In this document: piece after piece, positions 60,005 through 64,000 of the stretch
Layout of the letters: the number at the start of each line of letters is the position of its first letter
Numbering within the stretch: position 1 is the first letter of the stretch
NCBI RefSeq assembly: GCF_044704955.1
Contig: NC_091989.1
Span: 74,214,001-74,278,000 of the forward strand
From: Pristiophorus japonicus
Taxonomy: Eukaryota
DNA length: 64,000 bases
Reading direction: 5' to 3'
The notes under the pieces: generated by a model
The model's database searches: none
What the model saw: the letters and a program-made list of their open reading frames with translations, nothing else
Told to the model about the DNA's origin: nothing
Translations under genes and position numbers: made by a program

Positions 60005-61275
60005 ACTTGATTGAATTTTTTGAGAAGATAACAAGGAGGGTCGATGAGGGTAGTGCATATGATGTAGTGTATATAGCAAGGCTTTTGATAAGGTCCCACA
60101 TGGCATAGGCATGAAAGTAAACGCCCATGGGATCCAGAGCAAAATGGCAAGTTGGATCCAAAATTGGCTCAGAGGCAGGAAGCAAAGGGTAATGGTTGAT
60201 GGGTGTTTTTGTGACTGGAAGGCTGTTTCCAGTGGGGTTCTGCAGGGCTCAGTACTAGGTCCCTTGCTTTTTGTGGTATATATCAATGATTTAGACTTGA
60301 ATGTAGGGGGTAGGATTAAGAAGTTTGCAGATGATACAAAAATTGGCTGAGTGGTCGATGATGAAGAAGAAAGCTGTAAACTGCAGGAAGATATCAATAA
60401 ACTGGTCAGATGGGCAGAACAGTGGCAAATTGAAATCGGCGTGCTGATGGTCTTGTAGGCCAGGACCGTGCCAATTTCCGAGCCAGGCCGCCGCACGCTG
60501 CTCCTTCCAATGGCACCGGCCTGCTAACAAGGCAAGGGAGTACACATTAAATGATAGGACACTGAGAAGAGTAGAAGAGCAGAGGGACCTTGAAGTGCAT
60601 GTCCATAGTTCCCTGAAGGTAGCAGGCCAGATAGATAAAGAGGTTAAGAAGGCATACGGAATACTTGCCTTTATTAGCAGAGGCATAGAATACAAGAGCA
60701 GGGGTGTTATGCTTGAACTGTATAAAACACTAGTTAGGCCACAGCTTGCATACTGCGTGCAGTTCTGGTCACCACATTACAGGTAAGATGTGATTGCAGT
60801 AGAGAAGGTGCAGAGGAGATTTACGAGGATGTTGCCTGGACTGGAGAATTTTAGCTTTGAGGAAAGATTGGATAGACTGGGTTTGTTTTCTTTGGTACAG
60901 AGGAGACCTTATTGAGGTGTATAAAATTATGAAGGGTCTAGATAGAGTGAATAGGAAGGACCTATTTCCCTTAGCAGAGAGGTCAATAACCAGGGGGTGT
61001 AGATTTAAAGTAATTGGTAGGAGGTTTAGAGGAGATTTGAGGGGAAATCTTTTCACCCAGAGGGTGGTGGGGGTCTGGAACTCACTGCCTGAAAGGGTGG
61101 TAGAGGCAAAAACCCTCACCACGTTTAAAAAGTACTTGGATGTGCACCTGAAGTGCCGTAACCTACAGGGCTATGGACCTAGAGCTGGAAAATGGGATTA
61201 GGCTGGATAGCTGTTTGTCGGCCGGTGCGGACACGATGGGCCGAAATGGCCTCCTGTGCTGTAAATTTCTATGAT
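60005..61275 (+). mobile_element. CR1 LINE, 5'-truncated
   Basis: GVLQGSVLGPLLFVVYINDL, FADDTKIG, VRPQLAYCVQFWSPH; tttctatgattcta tail. Confidence 0.9.
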
Positions 61276-61384
61276 TCTAGATGCAGCATTGTTTGGAGTG
61301 TAGGAGTTTCTCTGCAGTACAAGCTGAAGAGCTGGGAGATGCACAACTGACGCACTATAGCGCTACTACTGATGGCAGGGTGTA

Positions 61385-61562
61385 AACATAGAAAATAGGT
61401 GCAGGAGTAGGCCATTCGGCCCTTCGAGCCTGCAACACCATTCAATAAGATCATGGCTGATCATTCACCTCAGTACCCCTTTCCTGCTTTCTCTCCATAC
61501 CCCTTTATCCCTTTAGCCGCAAGGGCCATATCCAACTCCCTCTTGAATATATCCAGTGAACT
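61385..61562 (-). mobile_element. CR1 3' UTR fragment
   Basis: aacatagaaaataggtgcaggagtaggccattcggccc; similar to 43936 onward. Confidence 0.8.
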
Positions 61563-62007
61563 TGGATGTATGAAGAGTTCAGATTGGCAATTTCTGTTGC
61601 AGTGTGGACAGGAATATATAATGGTAAACCGTTAACACAAGTGTGACAAAAACGTAATAACAGGAAGTAGGGTTTTGTAGTTATAAGATTAATATAGGTA
61701 CAACGTTAAAAAGAGTTTCAGGCAATTTATGATGTAGTGAACAGAAATTGGACTCTGGTGACCATGACCAGTTGACATGAGAAAAGTGTCTTTGTCTGTC
61801 CCACCCGCCCTGTCGTTTGCAGGGAAATTGTGAAGTATAGCTGCTGAGATTAAAATTCATTGGAAGAGTTTGCAGAATACGAGGGGCTCTGGTTGTCGGC
61901 CATGCCTTGTGTTACATGTTTATAGGTGCAGATGGGGAGCTGTAACATATTTGTATTGTTTTGCATAAGCACTGACTTTTTACCCCGTCTGTCTCAACAA
62001 TCTGCAG

Positions 62008-62143
62008 GCCCAGTTTCCTTGCTCACTATGTGGACTAATAGGATAAATACAGCAAATTCAAGAAAGCATCAGGAATTTGCTGGCCGCTTGAGTTCTGTTA
62101 ACAACAAAGCTGAGTTGTACCAGCATCTTAAGGAAGAAAACGG
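62008..62143 (+). CDS. INTS13: INTS13 coding exon (window exon 10, phase 1-2)
   Basis: tctgcag|GCCCA...AAACGG|gtcagt; encodes (G)PVSLLTMWTNRINTANSRKHQEFAGRLSSVNNKAELYQHLKEEN. Confidence 0.97.
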
Positions 62144-62374
62144 GTCAGTAGCCTTCTCCTGTTTTTGTACATCTCTGCATCTGCTTAGTAAGTCGTGGCT
62201 ATTAATTGCACTGTAATGCACGCTAAAATGTTCGATGAACGCCAATCATTTCCTTTGAAAACTGGTTTTAAAGACAAATCTTGCTTTGATTCGTGTTACT
62301 ATAATTATTTGTATGATGTTGCTTTGTAGTTCAAATATTTGTAAGATGTTTGTGGTGCAGTAATAGTAAGACAA

Positions 62375-63767
62375 CGGACCAAAAATTGCGGCCTCTCTGG
62401 GTGCATACGGTGTGCGCAAGAGCCGGTTGTCTCTGTGTGATGCACTTGCGCCAAGAACCGGCTTTTACAATCTGTCAAAATGTCTTTTGACGGATCACAC
62501 GCATCTCCGGGGGAAGGACATCCGCGGGACAGAGATTGGGCTATTTGCCCAACTCCTGCCCAGCGAATGTCCTTCAAACTCTTACGCCTGGTAAAAAAAC
62601 AGGCGCATAGCTTACTTTTACCAGCGTAAGAGTTTTAAAACATAGAAAAATTAAATTTAATCACTAATTTTTATATTAAAAACCTTGTCCATTAAGGTAA
62701 GTTTTTTAACCCTATTAAAACACATTAAAACATTTAATTAATTTCAATTTCAATTAATTTTTAAAAATTGAGGTATTTTTATTTATTTATTGTGTTGTGT
62801 TTCTTGTTTTTGGGGGATATTCTCATTGATCGTAATGGGAGCTCGTACAACGGAGTTCCCATTATTATCAGTGAGAATACTAGGGAGCTGAAATTGCCCC
62901 TTCCCTTAAGGCCTGTTATCGCCGGAAATCGGCGGCCATGCTGCGGAGTGGAATGGCCCCCGATTTTCTTTTTGGCGGAATGGCCGCCGTTTTGAATGTT
63001 CCACACCAGCGGTGACCCACTCTCTTTTCCCCCCACCACTCCACTGCTGCCGATCTGTCCTAAGTGCGTCATTGGTGTGTGCACCGCCAATGTTACACCG
63101 ATCGTGAAATTCCGCCGAGAAAATCTTACTCTTCCCACTCGGTGCCACTGGCAGCTTTTTCTGCCGGTGCACTGTGCTTGGAGTGTGCTCAAAATGGCGA
63201 TGAGGCTGCCATTAAAGGGGAGGACCTGCTGCCTCAGCCACCATCTTATGTTTCTGATGGCCGACTGCCATGTCGGGCCGCTGATTATGCCCCCAGGTTT
63301 GGCTGGGCCATCAACAGGCAGCCTGGCACCCCCTCTTGGGTGCCAGGCCGCTGGCCCAGCCGAAACCTTCCCTGGTAGCCCAGTGGATCGAACTTAAAGA
63401 ATCACAGCGGCTCTCCCCTTTAACTTCCGCCCCTCTAGTGTGTGAACTTCCGCTCACTGCAGCACTTCCGCCCCCATTGTGACCGGGGAAAAAAAGGCCA
63501 AAGAGCGGAATATCGCTCAACTGCGTCGGTAAAAACAACTGAAACAGGGTAAGTGCACCGCATTTTCGTCGGGGGGGGCAATTTTGGCCCCTAGATGTCC
63601 ATTGGTGGTATGTACCTGGAAGACATGTTCCCATACGCTGGATTGCGAAACTAGGCCTCCGACCGCAATCCTACGTTCCCCTGGCACCAGGTATTTTTGT
63701 TTATATAAAAAAAAATTCCGGGCGGAGGCGTTCGCCCGAAGGAAACCTCTGACCGCAATTTCCACCC
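62375..63767. mobile_element. TIR-type non-autonomous element (outer), degraded termini
   Basis: aaattgcgg near the left end and ccgcaattt near the right end; GC-rich arms with an AT-rich centre. Confidence 0.6.
62884..63591. mobile_element. Nested Harbinger-type MITE (family B-like TIR) with TAG TSD
   Basis: tag|GGAGCTGAAATTGCCCC ... GGGGCAATTTTGGCCCC|tag. Confidence 0.85.
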
Positions 63768-63834
63768 CCCCCCCTCATTATTTTGTAGTACATTGTCTCT
63801 ATATTGGCAAATAGTTTTTTTTTGTGTGTTATAG

Positions 63835-63874
63835 AATGGATACACATGAAAACGGTAAAGCCAGCAGACAGTGA
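63835..63874 (+). CDS. INTS13: INTS13 last coding exon with TGA stop; 3' UTR follows
   Basis: tttgtgtgttatag|AATGGATACACATGAAAACGGTAAAGCCAGCAGACAGTGA; encodes (G)MDTHENGKASRQ*, like the recalled human terminus GMETTENGKASRQ. Confidence 0.95.
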
Positions 63875-64000
63875 AGAGATGCTTCAACGCAAGATGTTTT
63901 CGAAGCCCAGGTTAGCTGTCGTGCTGTTTGTAAATGAATAATTCCCACAAAAGATCTGAGACATTTTCAGGAAATCGACCTCAGTCTCCAAAACTGCTGC

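Larger units (their letters stand above)
2844..63874 (+). other. INTS13: INTS13 (ASUN) gene span, 5'-incomplete; 11 coding exons in window
   Basis: Exon lengths 129/85/90/90/179/171/155/231/140/136/40 nt join in frame with GT-AG boundaries. The translation matches recalled vertebrate INTS13 and ends ...HLKEENGMDTHENGKASRQ*. Confidence 0.97.

Overview
This is vertebrate genomic DNA, almost certainly from a cartilaginous fish (shark); that assignment is inferred from the repeat families and protein divergence. The window holds the 3' part of INTS13 (ASUN/Asunder, Integrator subunit 13) on the + strand. I can splice 11 GT-AG exons by hand (2844 to stop at 63874; 1446 nt, 481 aa), phase-consistent throughout, and they match the C-terminal two-thirds of vertebrate INTS13 as I recall it. 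The 5' exons lie upstream of the window. The introns are dense with nested mobile DNA: CR1, RTE, Tx1-like and L2 LINE pieces; tRNA-head SINEs including DeuSINE/SacSINE1-like copies; three solo LTRs with 5-bp TSDs; three decayed PIF/Harbinger transposons and many Harbinger-type MITEs; a Penelope-like insertion with hammerhead ribozyme motifs; and a tRNA-Gln pseudogene. There is one assembly gap. Most short ORFs in the supplied track are spurious or are transposon fragments. Best leads: two frame-preserving candidate micro/cassette exons of INTS13 (27 nt and 39 nt); two RTE insertions with twin-priming-type 5' inversions; recurrent strong 5' splice donors inside unrelated MITE families; hammerhead motifs within an INTS13 intron; and a tRNA captured inside a CR1. 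I found no demonstrably new multi-gene system. Repeat boundaries without a TSD or TIR are approximate, and family names come from recall, not from a database search.
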